64,000 nt of DNA from Takakia lepidozioides. Its lineage: Eukaryota; Plantae; Bryophyta. The DNA lies in assembly GCA_030704615.1 (NCBI GenBank), contig CM060734.1, positions 54,436,001-54,500,000 of the forward strand. The letters run 5' to 3'. The first letter of the stretch is position 1. Each line of letters begins with the position of its first letter. The notes under the pieces are model-generated. The model had not been told where the DNA came from. It did no database searches and saw nothing but the letters and a program-made list of their open reading frames with translations. The translations under genes were made by a program, and so were the position numbers. Positions 1-11,272 of the stretch are shown here, piece by piece.

Positions 1-174
1 TCCACTAGGCCCAAATAGGTGGAGGGTCTTTCGGGAGAGTGAAGGGGGACCATTATGTCCGGTGAGCAGCCGAAGCTCCAAGTTGGCCCGGCGGCCGGTT
101 GGGGTCAGGCGCGCGCATCAAAGCGAGTAACTATGACTTGAGGGGGAGCTTACCGAAGTGAGGTGCGCGACACT

Positions 175-186
175 TGGTATCAGAGC
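175..186 (+). promoter_or_regulatory. Primer binding site complementary to initiator tRNA-Met 3' end
   Basis: TGGTATCAGAGC, 2 nt after the CA end of the 5' LTR. Confidence 0.92.
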
Positions 187-424
187 TTAGAGTTCAGTAC
201 GCGATCGTCCTTGGGATTGGCCTCATCATGGGGTCGGGCAAGCCGAAGCGAAAGCGGAACGGCCCAAAAGATGATGATCCCGGTGAGCCCGATGGGGGCG
301 GCGTGTCACCGAGGCGGCCGTTTGAGGAAGCGATGCATGTTTCCGAAAACGAGGCCGCCCAAGAGCGGGAGGATCCGAGGAGTCGGAGCCCGAGGAATCC
401 TTGAGAGCTCCGACAAACCAAGAG

Positions 425-3400
425 ATGCCTCCCATGCCGGCAGCCTTTTGGGAAGGGTTGTTGGCGCAGTTTGGCGGGACGTTGAAAGACGTGTTGAAGG
501 CGGCTAATGCCACTTCCGCTAAGGCAAAGTTTAAGGTGAAGCCTAAGGAACCAGGCACCTTCGAGGGCGTCCGGAATCGGAAGGCACTCAACACCTGGCT
601 CTTGGAGCTAGAGCAATACTTCCGGGCGGCCAAGTTGAGTGACGAGGATCGGGTGGAAGTGGCTCCCACCTATTTGAGGGGCTATGCTCAACAATGGTGG
701 CAGAAACGCCTTCCCGACCGAGGTCCAAGCCCGGAAATCTTGAACTGGAGTGGGTTCAAGGAATTGATGAAGACAGTGTGCCCCTCAACGCGTCCTGGCT
801 CGCCCGGGACAAGATGAGGAATTTGAAGCAAACAGATGACATTCGGGGATATGTCCAGGCTTTCAATGTGCTGTTGCTCGAAGTCGCGGACATGGCAGAA
901 CCAGAAATGGTCTTCAACTTTGTGGCGGGATTGGCCCCATGGGCCAGGCGGAAGTTGGAGGAGAAGCCACCCAAGACTTTGAACGAGGCTATTGAGAGGG
1001 CTGAATGTTTCTCAGATGTCCCTAGGGGTGAAAGACAAGGCCGTACGGAGCTGAACCACAAGAAGATTCGGCGGAAGGTGACTCCTCCCGACCGGAAAAG
1101 AAGTGGGATAGGCCACGCGGCAAAAATGGCACGTGGAAATCGAAGGGAGGGCCTTCACACGTCAAGGCGGCACCCGGTGCTTCGAAAGGAAAAGCGGGTG
1201 GAGCGGCTTATGGCGGACAGAAGGCGACCTTTGATGGAGTGTGTTTCAATTGCGGGGAGCCCGGGCACATGGCCAAGAAGTGCACGAAGCCCCGGCAATT
1301 GAACATGACTCGGGCGACCATGGAGCTGTCGGAAGATACCATCAGTCGCTTGGTGGAAGCGGTGGTCGCCAGGACTTGCAAGGTAGGCAAATTTTCTTGT
1401 GAGTTGTATCAGGAAACTGGCGCCTTACGAAAGGGAGTCAGTTATTGTTCGTGGATGGGATAATATCCGGAACTAATGTGTCGTTGTTAGTGGACACAGG
1501 AGCGTCGCACTCCTTCATGACACCGGCAACGGCACAAAAGCTGGGACTCCCGACAAGTGACGTGGGGGCCTCTATTGAGGTGCGTTCTACCAAAGGAGAA
1601 CCACAGTTGGCGACAAGGTTGGCGATTGATGTTCCTCTTCAACTGGGGAGTTGGGAGGGACGTGAGAACTTCACCATCTGCGAGATCGATGGAGTGGATC
1701 TCATTTTGGGGATGACTTTTTTGAGCAAATCTGGAGCGGTCATAGATGGCCGCAAGAGAGTAGTCACGCTGCCATGTGGGAATGGTGGCAAGGTTTTACG
1801 AGTGTCAGAAACGCCCAAATCCGTGGGAGGGCGAATAAACCTTCTGTCAGCAAAGGAGTGGGCCGTGGAGGAGGCACACGAGCCCCACTTTTTGCTTTAC
1901 ATTAGAGAAGTGAAAGGAGAAGGCGATGGGGAGCCGAGCCCAGATTGGATCAAGGGGATTTTGGAGAAATACCAGGATGTGATGCCGGAGGATTTACCAA
2001 GCGGCTTGCCACCGCGAAGAGGAGTTGACCACAAGATTGAGGTGATACCGGGATCGGAACCGCCTGCCAAGGCGCCCTAACCGGTGAGCCACAGAGAGTT
2101 GGTAGAGCTGAAGACTTAGCTCAAGGATCTAATGTCAAAGGGGTACATCCGGCCGAGTAAGTCACCTTACGGAGCCCCGGTGCTATTTGCAGACAAGAAG
2201 GATGGGACGCTGCGGATGTGTGTCGATTACAGGGCTCTGAATAAGGTGACTATCAAAAACCGGTACCCTTTGCCAAGGATCGACGACCTCTTCGATCGGT
2301 TGGCAGTAGCGAAGTATTTCAGCCGGATCGACTTGCGCTCCGGCTATCACCAAATTCGGGTGCGGAAGGAGATGAGGAGAAGACCGCGTGCAGGACAAGG
2401 TATGGTTCATATGAGTTCTTGGTGATGCCTTTTGGGCTCACCAATGCACCAGCGACATTAGCACGCTGATGAACAGCCTTTTCCAGGAGTGGTTGGATGA
2501 CTTTGTGATCGTGTACATCGACGACATCTTGGTGTACTCGAAAACAAAGGAGGAGCACCTGGAGCACCTCAAAAGGGTGTTCCAAAAATTGCGGGAAGGG
2601 AAGCTGTATGCCAAAGCTTCAAAGTGCAATTTCGGGGTCACAAAAGTGGAGTTCCTGGGGCATGTGATTACACATGATGGGATCAAAATGGATGACAGAA
2701 AGGTGAGGGCGATCTTGGACTGGGAGCCTCCGACTTCGGTCCCGGGAGTGCGATCCTTCCTAGGACTCGCCTCCTATTACCGGAAGTATGTGAGAAATTT
2801 CGCCAAGATCGCGGGGCCGCTGTCGGACCTTCTGTGTAAATCCAAAGTCTGGGTATGGAACACATTTTGTGGCCAAGCTTTTGCTGAATTGAAGCAGCGG
2901 ATGACGGAAGCTCCAGTCTTGAAAATCCCGGAGTTCGATCGTCCGTTTGAGATTCATACAGATGCATCGGATTTCGCGATTGGGGGTGTACGTATGCAAG
3001 ATGAACGTCCAGTGGCTTACGAAAGTAAGAAACTGAATGAAGTGGAGCGACGGTGGCCGACGCACGAAAAAAAGATGAAGGCGGTGGTGCATTGCCTTGA
3101 GCTCTGGCGCCACTATGTTGGTTCCAACCCAGTGAAGGTGTTCACGGACAATGTCACGGTGAAGTATTTTGCCACGCAACCCAAGTTGTCCCCAAAACAA
3201 CTTAGGTGGCAAGATACTTTGGCAGTGTTCGACGTGGATATCCAGTACAAACCGGGACGGGACAATGTGGTGGCCGATGCTTTAAGTAGAAAGCAGCAGC
3301 TCTTGTTGGTGTACAAGGGCGAGACGGCGCTCCAAAGGAAGATCCGGAAGGCTTGCCGGAAGGATGAGCTGGCAAAGTGCGTGATGCAGGACTTGAGAAT

Positions 3401-4837
3401 GGGGGTTAAATCGCAGTTTCCACTTGCAAAATGGACTGCTCCGGTATAAGCAAAAACGTCTCTACGTGCCAAAGGGAGAGATCAAAGATAGCCTCTTGAG
3501 AGAATGCCATGATAGCCCGCTTGCGGGCCACGGCGGAGCCAAGCGCACTGCGGCACTCTTGAAGAAAGAGTATTTCTGGCCCAAACTGAGGGAGGAGGCA
3601 AAGGAGTATGTCAAGACATGCACCACATGCCAACAAAACCGGAGCGAGTACAAAAAAGCAAGCGGCTGTTACAACCCTTGCCGATTCCAAGGGGACTTGG
3701 GAAAGCGTCTCGATGGATTTCATGACTGCTATGCCGCTGTCAAAAGGATTCGATGCAATCATGGTGGTGGTGGATAGGTTCAGTAAAATGGGCCATTTCA
3801 TCCCCACCAAGGAGACGGCAACGGCGCAGGAGACAGGGCGACTTTACTTCGCCCACGTCTTAAAGCATCATGGAGTCCCGAAGGATATTGTCTCGGTTCG
3901 CGATCCTAAGTTTACGAGTAAATTTTGGAGGACACTTTGGAAGAAGATGGGGACGAGGCTGAAGATGAGCACCGCCTTCCGACCTATGACGGACGGCCAA
4001 ACGGAAAGAGTGAATTCCGTAGTGAAGCAATTCTTGCGGAATTACGTGTCGGCAACCAATCAGACTGGATGGAACACTTAGACGCGGCAGAGTTCTGTTA
4101 TAATAACACAGAACACTCCGCAACGGGAGTTTCCCCTTTCGTATTGGTCTATGGAAAAGCACCTCTGGTGCCGACAAGTTGGGCCGCCCAGGACGTTGAG
4201 GAACCGGCAGTAGCGGCGGTACTGGAAGAACGCGAGTGTTTGTTGAAGCTCGCAAAGTACAACATTGCCAAAGCTAGGAAACGGTATGAAAGGCAGGCGA
4301 ATCGGAAGCGGAGGGAAGTGAAGTTTGAGGCAGGCACAGAGGTCTGGTTGAACATCAAGAATTTTCCGACTACCTCCGGAAGTGAGTCCGAAGTTCGTAC
4401 CTCCGTATGCGGGTCCCTTTCACATTCGGAAGGTTATGAATGAGGATGTGTATGAATTGGAGCTGCTGCCGGCAAACAACAAGGTGCACCCAGTATTCCA
4501 TGTCTCCCTTTTGAAGCCTTACTTCAAAGATGAAGCACGTCCGAATCGGCATCAAGTGTTGCGTCCGCCACCTATGCTGTTGGATCATGAAAATGAACCT
4601 GAGTACGAGGTGGAGGCAATACTTAAGTCGAGGAGGTTCAAGAACCGAGAAACGGAGTATCTCGTCAAATGGAAGGGCTATCATCATGTGGAGGCATCTT
4701 GGGTGCGTGCCTCAGAAATGGGAAACGCATCCGAGGCAGTTGCAGCGTTCGAAGGCGACCTCAAAAGCGGAAGAAACGTTGATGGGGACATCAACCTTGG
4801 AGCGTGGGGGAGGAAATGCATGCTTAGCCCGGTTTAG
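425..4837 (+). pseudogene. gag-pol polyprotein, broken by many frameshifts and at least two stops (2078-2080, ~2117)
   Basis: CFNCGEPGHMAKKC knuckle; LVDTGASHSF protease; VYIDDILVYS RT; TDASDFAIGG RNase H; ECHDSPLAGH..CTTC, SMDFMT, VVDRFSKMGHF, TDGQTERVN integrase; EYEVEAILKSR..EYLVKWKGYHHVEASW chromodomain. Confidence 0.95.
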
Positions 4838-5400
4838 CTAGCTCAGGAATCCGATTGCAAAAACTTGTATTGTACAAAATTTGTTATAAAGGAAATGGGT
4901 TCAAAATATTGTGCGTCCTATTGTGTTTGGAATGGTGATGCATGGTGTGGTTGGCTAGTGTGTAGAATGCATGCTAGCTTACAAAAGTGGGAGAGGTAAA
5001 TTGGGTTAATCGTGTGTTTGCGCAGTGCCAAAATCGGGTGACTCCCATCCAAGGGGCAAGGAAACTTGCGCCTTCTTTGGGAGTTCACGTGCTAGTGCGC
5101 ACCTGGCGCGTGCGCGTACTATAACTGCGCTACCGAGGGGGTTGCCTTGTAGTGCGGGCTAACGCGGAAGCTACGTGCTTCCGTTCACGTACTATAATCG
5201 TGTAGCCTTGGGACGAAGTCGTAGTGCGGCTTCGGCGTGTTCCCGTACCTCAGGCCAGCATTCCAAGGCGGACCCAATTGTAGTGATTGGGGCGCACGGT
5301 TGGTTCAAGGTTATCGTCCTAGTCAAAGAGGGTTCCAGGTGAACCCTTGCTCAAGGTGATGCCAAAAGGAGGTGCTTTCTTCTGCAATGGTAGAGCCACT
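4817..5400 (+). repeat. 3' LTR (U3 portion only)
   Basis: Starts TG right after the PPT GCGTGGGGGAGGAAA; internal repeats (GTACTATAA x2, GTAGTGCGG x2); no copy of 1-172 follows. Confidence 0.7.
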
Positions 5401-5508
5401 AACATATCAGAATTGGCAGTAGGTCAATTGGAGGTGGAATGCCATGTCTACAAACTTTGAAAAACGAGGGGGTCTACTATTTGAGCTAGACAAACATAAG
5501 GTTATCAC

Positions 5509-6083
5509 CAGTGTTGGACTGGTATACCGATAAGAAACTAGTATCAAGTATGTATACTGGTATGAAGTACCAGACCAGTCTGGTATCACCTCAGGCCACT
5601 ACCTAGCATATACCCGTATTGGCCTGGTATTTGCTTTCCTAATACTGTGGACGATACGACGATACCCTACTAGTCTGGTAGGTGGTTAAAAATCTGGTAC
5701 CTGATAACAGTACCAGATCCATTTTTATGAGGAAATCCTAGGTATCAATATTGACAGCGCAGTATACACTATGCACGATATGGATGCAACCTTCAATAAG
5801 CAAAATATAAATCAGGTCTTGGGGGTGTGATCTGTGATTATGCCGTCAGATGAAATACATGAGGCTGGATACTTTGAGGAATGAAATCAATGAGAAGCAT
5901 GCTTGTGCACATTTATATGAGAAGTGGGCTTGTCAATAGTATATTAACATATCATGAGTTTTTTTTTTATACCAGACAAGTATTGATAATACCCTGGTAT
6001 CGATTTCTAAAAACTCTCGCTATTGATACCCGTAAAACACCACGCCGATCTGTATTATTGATACCACGATCAATTAAACATTT
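5509..6083. mobile_element. Putative decayed hAT-like non-autonomous DNA transposon
   Basis: Begins CAGTGTT; dense TGGTAT/ATACC short repeats near both ends; degenerate inverted end (AACATTT at 6077-6083). Confidence 0.35.
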
Positions 6084-6817
6084 TTTTTAAGAAATTTCCA
6101 TAATCTTGAATATAAACTAAATTTGACCTCAAACCCACTTTCATTACCCACTTATATTTGTCATCCATCCAAAAATTATAAGTCAATTTCAAAATGCCCT
6201 CAAACTCTAATCATTATTTCAACACATGATGCAATTGGGGGCTGTAGCTCCTAGGTTTTTCTTTTTTTTAAAGAGAAATTGTGATTTCACCATATGATCA
6301 ATGCATGAAAGTGTGATTTCATCTTATGAAATTGTAATTCATGATTTCAAGTCTATTTCGAGAGTTGAAATGTCTTTCTTCAGTTTTATTTTTAGAGTTA
6401 AATTTCCATATGTTTCACGTTTCACCCTACTTGTAAAGGCATGAGGAGGGGCCAAGGCACCTAAGTGGCCCACTTAATATAGGCAGGTCAAGGATCAAGT
6501 AGGTTCCAAATACCACCACCCCAAAACGATTTGGGCTAGGTAGGATCCAGGTGGTTTTCATTAGTTTAGGTATCCAGCAGGTAGATTCCTGGGACCCGGG
6601 TTGAGAACTGGTTCGAACCCATGTACCTGCCCAAAACCTCAAAAAATTATTGCACGTTAAGTAAGCAATCCTATATAATGTGGGCGCATTGTCAAAGCAA
6701 GTGTAAATTAGGCTCAAATAAGGACAAAAATAGGTGAGGAGAGCAGTATATGAGTGAAATTTATCCTTGGTAAGTTAGATCAATTAAAAAGGCCTTGAGA
6801 TAGACAATCTGAAACTG

Positions 6818-7244
6818 TTTTTTTTTTTTGGTAAGAAAGAGGGACAGAGGCCTCTAAAACTTTATAAATAAGGGGGGATTATATAAAACATCCCAAAATT
6901 ACAACGAGGAAGAAATAACCTCAGTTTAAGTGCCATAGAGGCTAATTGAGGAAGACCACAAACCACAAGAGAATGAGTTCTTCCCTCAAGCAAAGCTCAG
7001 AGAAGGATGAGATCAAGAACAATGATAGAGCACTAGAGACAGCTACATAATCATTTTGAGGTCCAAAAAGACAATTGAGCTTACAATGACCTCATTTTCC
7101 CAAAAGACCAACGGTGTCTCCAATTAACCTTAGGCTCCTCCTTGTCAAGAGGGGAGCATCTAGCACTATTGCAAACTGCCAGCTTGCTAGGATTTCATCG
7201 TTCCACCAAACTCTTGATCAAGAGTGAAACATACTCAAGATCTC
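6818..7244 (-). mobile_element. Probable 3' end of a poly(A)-tailed LINE
   Basis: T12 run at 6818-6829 (A-tail on - strand) followed by 3'UTR-like sequence; abuts the repeat starting at 7245. Confidence 0.35.
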
Positions 7245-7940
7245 TATCGTGCGCATACATATCGCTACACAACTACATCGCTGTCCAAAACCACACAACA
7301 CATGTGCACACCACACACTAGTATACCACTAGTCCACCACTAGTCCAGCCACTAGTCCAACCACTAGGCTACAACTAGTCAGTCACTAGGCTGCCATTAT
7401 GCTGCCCACTATGACAGTCACTAGTCCACACAATGATAAAGAAGAAGAATACAAGCACAAGCTCATGCAAGCTCACAAAGCTAAAGCATAAACTCATGCA
7501 TATATAACCTCATCACTCAAATACAAGTCAAGCCAAGTGCACCCCACGCCATGGGGAATCCACACTACGGCGCCATAGCTAGGCGCGGTGAGGCTCAATT
7601 CGAGAAAGATGAGCCTCCCCGTGCTTGCCGTGAAGATAACCACTCCAGGGCCTAAATCTGCCTTGACCCCTGGATTGACACTTGGGCCAATCCCAAATGT
7701 CAATATGTAAAAGCTAGCTATTTCTTAGCTAGTTTCACACTAGTGGTAAAATAACTTGACAGCTGTCGTGCGCATACATATCGCTACACAACTACATCGT
7801 TGTCCAAAACCACACAACACATGTGCACACCACACACTAGTATACCACTAGTCCACCACTAGTCCAACCACTAGGCTACAACTAGTCACTCACTAGGCTA
7901 CCACTATGCTGCCCACTATGGCAGTCACTAGTCCACACAA
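7245..7940 (-). repeat. 3' terminal repeat with A-B-A structure (direct repeats 7245-7433 and 7764-7940)
   Basis: Near-identical 189 and 177 bp copies, differing mainly by one CCACTAGTCCA-type unit; TATA-like TATATATG in the spacer at ~7499-7506 (- strand). Confidence 0.9.
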
Positions 7941-8210
7941 ATTGCCCCCCTAGCAGGTGCTTAGGTCCCTCTAAGTCCATGTAGCCACAAGATGTGATAG
8001 TGACCATAGCCTCACTAAAATCCTCCACCACTGTCCTTACTACACTCAAACTCGATAGATCAAGAGGCCGGGTGCAAGAGTTGCCCCATCGTTAGTCGCC
8101 GTCCTGCAACCTGTGAACTTGAACCTGGGATCTCGTGTATTGACTCCTATGAGCTTGGCCTCCCATGTCTTGTTAGCTGCCTCTAGTCATGTCCACTGCC
8201 ACTATCCCAA

Positions 8211-8345
8211 GCAGTGTTGACATAACCAATATCCATCAGGAACCCTCTCAAGAGGTGGTGTCAAGCATCCCATATGCCAACCTCTTGAGCATCGATCATA
8301 CACCAGCATGGTGGCTGCCCCTTTGGCAGACCCACAGAGTATGCA
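8211..8345 (-). pseudogene. PHD finger (C4HC3) at the end of the retroelement integrase
   Basis: CILC..MLVYDRC..WHMGCLTPPLERVPDGYWLCQHC; third Cys position reads Tyr. Confidence 0.9.
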
Positions 8346-11272
8346 CCTCAAACCTGCAGGTACCACTGCCAAGTTTGGGTCAACTCTGCCATCGACATTA
8401 GGAAGGTGACATGGCGCACAATTACGCACATGGTCTTTCCAAGTCATGCCATCCCGACCCTCCAAGATCAGGACTCTTGAGGGCAACACCTCTCAAACCC
8501 TCAGAATAACACACCTTGCAGTGACATCCAGGGTCGTAGGAGCAGTCTGCTGCAAATAAACATAGTCACCCGGCTAAACCGCCGAACCCTATGACGATAT
8601 CCTCCACCACGTATAGTGGCATCACATGCACGTACCCACACGTCAAGATTAAGGTTTGGCCTGCAAATGAAGGGAGAGACCCCTGCATCTGAGGTCCTCT
8701 CTGTCCTTCCCTGAGCTTCACTTGAGCTCCCTTGTTGCCTTGAGCACGTTGAGGTAGTGGTTGGCTAGGAGCACCACTACCCCGTGGTGTCTCCTTAGCA
8801 AATCCCACCATGACCACTCGTTCCTCCACCATGTTGAGCTCTATCCGCTCTGCCAGCAAAAACACATTTGCTAAGGTGGGTTGGGCCACTTGTAGGAGAG
8901 TGGCATCCCGTACCCTTCTCCTCAGCTCCTTGTCCAATATCCCATACCAGAATTGGACTGCATGAGCTTCCGTAACCCCTTGGTTTACATTATCAAGCGC
9001 CTCATGCAAGTGAAAGCCTCCCTCAAGCTCTCAGTAGGCTTCTGTTGGAACTCTTGCAACCTCCGCAACTTCTTTGTCCTCACCCCTTGGTAGTTCCCTC
9101 TCAACTCTTCGAAGAACTCCACAACAGGGTTGAAGGCAGGCACGGGTACTGGTGCTGGTGCGGTAGTGGCTTGGGTGGACGTCGCTATAGTACTACCAGT
9201 CCCACTAGTCCCACTGCTGCTTGCTGAAGCTGCAGATGTAGCGGCAGGTGTAGCCACTGCCCTCGTGGCTCTAGTGCCCCTAGTGATGGAGACATAGTCG
9301 GGTGACCAGTACATCCTCCACTCCTCGATCTCAACCTCATGCCCCCGCCTGGACTCATGGTAATCATCCATAGGCGGCCTTGTCATTATTGTCGGACTCA
9401 ATGGAGGAGATGTATGAAGCTACCAAAGGGCCACGAAGGTACTCTGGGGCGGTGGGCACCATCGAGTTGGATGATTTTATCCAAGAGTTTGATAGTTGGT
9501 GTGATTTGTAGCAAATGCGCAATCCACAACTATTTACGCCTTTCATGGCATAGAAGGGGCTGTTTCAGCACCTTGAGGAAACAACTTGCACCGCCGGTGT
9601 GAGTCCTCCTGATTCACAATCCGAATCAAAACCTTCCGTAGAAGACACAGGAGGTGAAGGTGGCCTAAACCGCACACCTCGTCTCGTGTACCCACTAGTA
9701 TCGCTAGTGCTCGAACCGGCACTGTCCCCAGCAACTAGTGGCACCTCCGTGTTGACAAACTGTCACTCAACTGGTCATGAACATTGTCCCTAATCCCCTC
9801 TCCACAAGGTAACCGGGTAGAGAACCTGTTGCGGTTTATGGTTTGGAATACTAGGTTCCTAACATAGCCTACACCTGCACCTGCATCCACCGCAAGCACT
9901 CCTATAGTTGGCTGGTCATCACCTCCAACCTCACCACATGATAAACAATGATGGTCTGACTGGTCATCACCCCAACCTCACCATCGACAGCATGCTCTAG
10001 GACTGGCCGGTGATCAAATCCGAATCAATCACCTATAAAAACAAGCGCCCACACAAAACTAACATGGCGCACAGTCAAGCATGTAGGTAGGGAGGGGATC
10101 CAAATACAAGAAATCAGAACGACAACTCCCCCACACCCAAAACAACTCCACGGTGTTGCTCCTGCAAGGATACCCCAGCCCAAACCCGGACTGATTCTTG
10201 CCTCCACCTACGGAAAGGTCTTGGCCTAATGAGAGGGTGGAAAACTACGAGGAAGAGAAGCTAAAGCAATGCCTAACCCCAGCATGCCCTCATCCCTCAC
10301 ATTCCGCGAAGAGTTGACCCAATATGTGACCAACCTTGAGTATGCCACCAAATTGGAGCAAGCGCCACAGATGCCGGTGAGATTTGAATTTTGGATCTGC
10401 TTATCTTCTCTGTCTCCCCCAACATGCTCTAGCTAGTTGCTATGGTTTCGGGGAAGTTGCCCCGCACCTAAGCCTTCACGGCCCCTAGGTGGTTATTTCT
10501 TCCACCATTTTGTAAAACTATCTTTATTTAATTTGATTAAATGGGCCTCCGTCCCCTTTCTTTAAAACAAAAAATAAAAAAGATCCCATTGTACTAAAGC
10601 CTCCACGGCCTCACTTGGTTATTTTTTCCATGTCATTCTAGTATATTTCCAGGGCTCTTCCCATGTTATTTTCTTAAAAATAACATAAAATATGTACCAC
10701 CGTGTCACTCTAGTCACTACCTCAACGGAGATATTATGGAATTGCAGGAATATGGGATAGGCTCTTTGGAGGCATGTACTAAGACCCCCCAAGAAAAGAC
10801 GTGTATAAGAATAAAATATATTTCAGAGAGATCTTAATATGATTTGAGATGAGATACCGATCTCCGCTCAGGTACTTCAGTGGGGGGTGCGTGGAATCTA
10901 CAGTAGATAGTGTTGCTCTTTCAAGGCATTTTGAGGGATTTTTTTTTTTTTTTTTTTCTTCCTCTTACATAGAAGCCCCCCAGAGAAGGCCGAATGTATT
11001 GATAATGAGGAAAAAATAATCTCACATGACAGGCCATGGAGACTGAGAAAAGGGGACTCACACAACCCCTACTCTTTGAGTCGGATCTCACAATGCATGT
11101 GTAACCCCGACTATTGTTATTAGTTTTTCCTTGCTCTTTCTAATCTGATCAACAGGTCTCTGTCAAAGTTTTAAAGAGCAAATTGGATTCCTGGATTCCT
11201 TAATAAAATTTTCCAGGGCTGTCACCCCCTGTTCAATCTATAAAATTTGCTTAAGAAAAAAAGGATATGAAC

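Larger units (their letters stand above)
1..5400 (+). mobile_element. Ty3/gypsy chromovirus LTR retrotransposon (type I chromodomain; Galadriel/Tcn1-like), decayed, 5' LTR cut by window start, 3' LTR truncated
   Basis: LTR end ...GACA at 172; PBS TGGTATCAGAGC 175-186; domain order gag, CCHC knuckle, PR, RT, RNase H, IN, chromodomain; purine tract 4802-4816 followed by TG at 4817. Confidence 0.95.
7245..10380 (-). mobile_element. Internally deleted gypsy-like retroelement: gag remnant plus integrase C-terminus with PHD finger; 5' LTR absent
   Basis: gag-like ORFs 8985-9401 and 8566-9009 (LQEFQQKPTESLREAF..QFWYGILDKELRRRVRD); IN tail RGGGYRHRVRRF-PGDYVYL..KDHVRNCAPCHLP; PHD finger; PPT AGGGGGG (7945-7951) then TG at 7939. 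The 10380 boundary is approximate. Confidence 0.8.

Noticed and set aside
7300-7940. CRISPR-like array from CCACTAGT repeats
   Set aside because: Eukaryotic context, repeats too short and irregular, no unique spacers; part of the retroelement terminal repeat.
10356-10368. PBS (TGGCGCTTGCTCC, - strand) of the PHD element
   Set aside because: Not preceded by a copy of the terminal repeat and I cannot match it to a tRNA 3' end with confidence.
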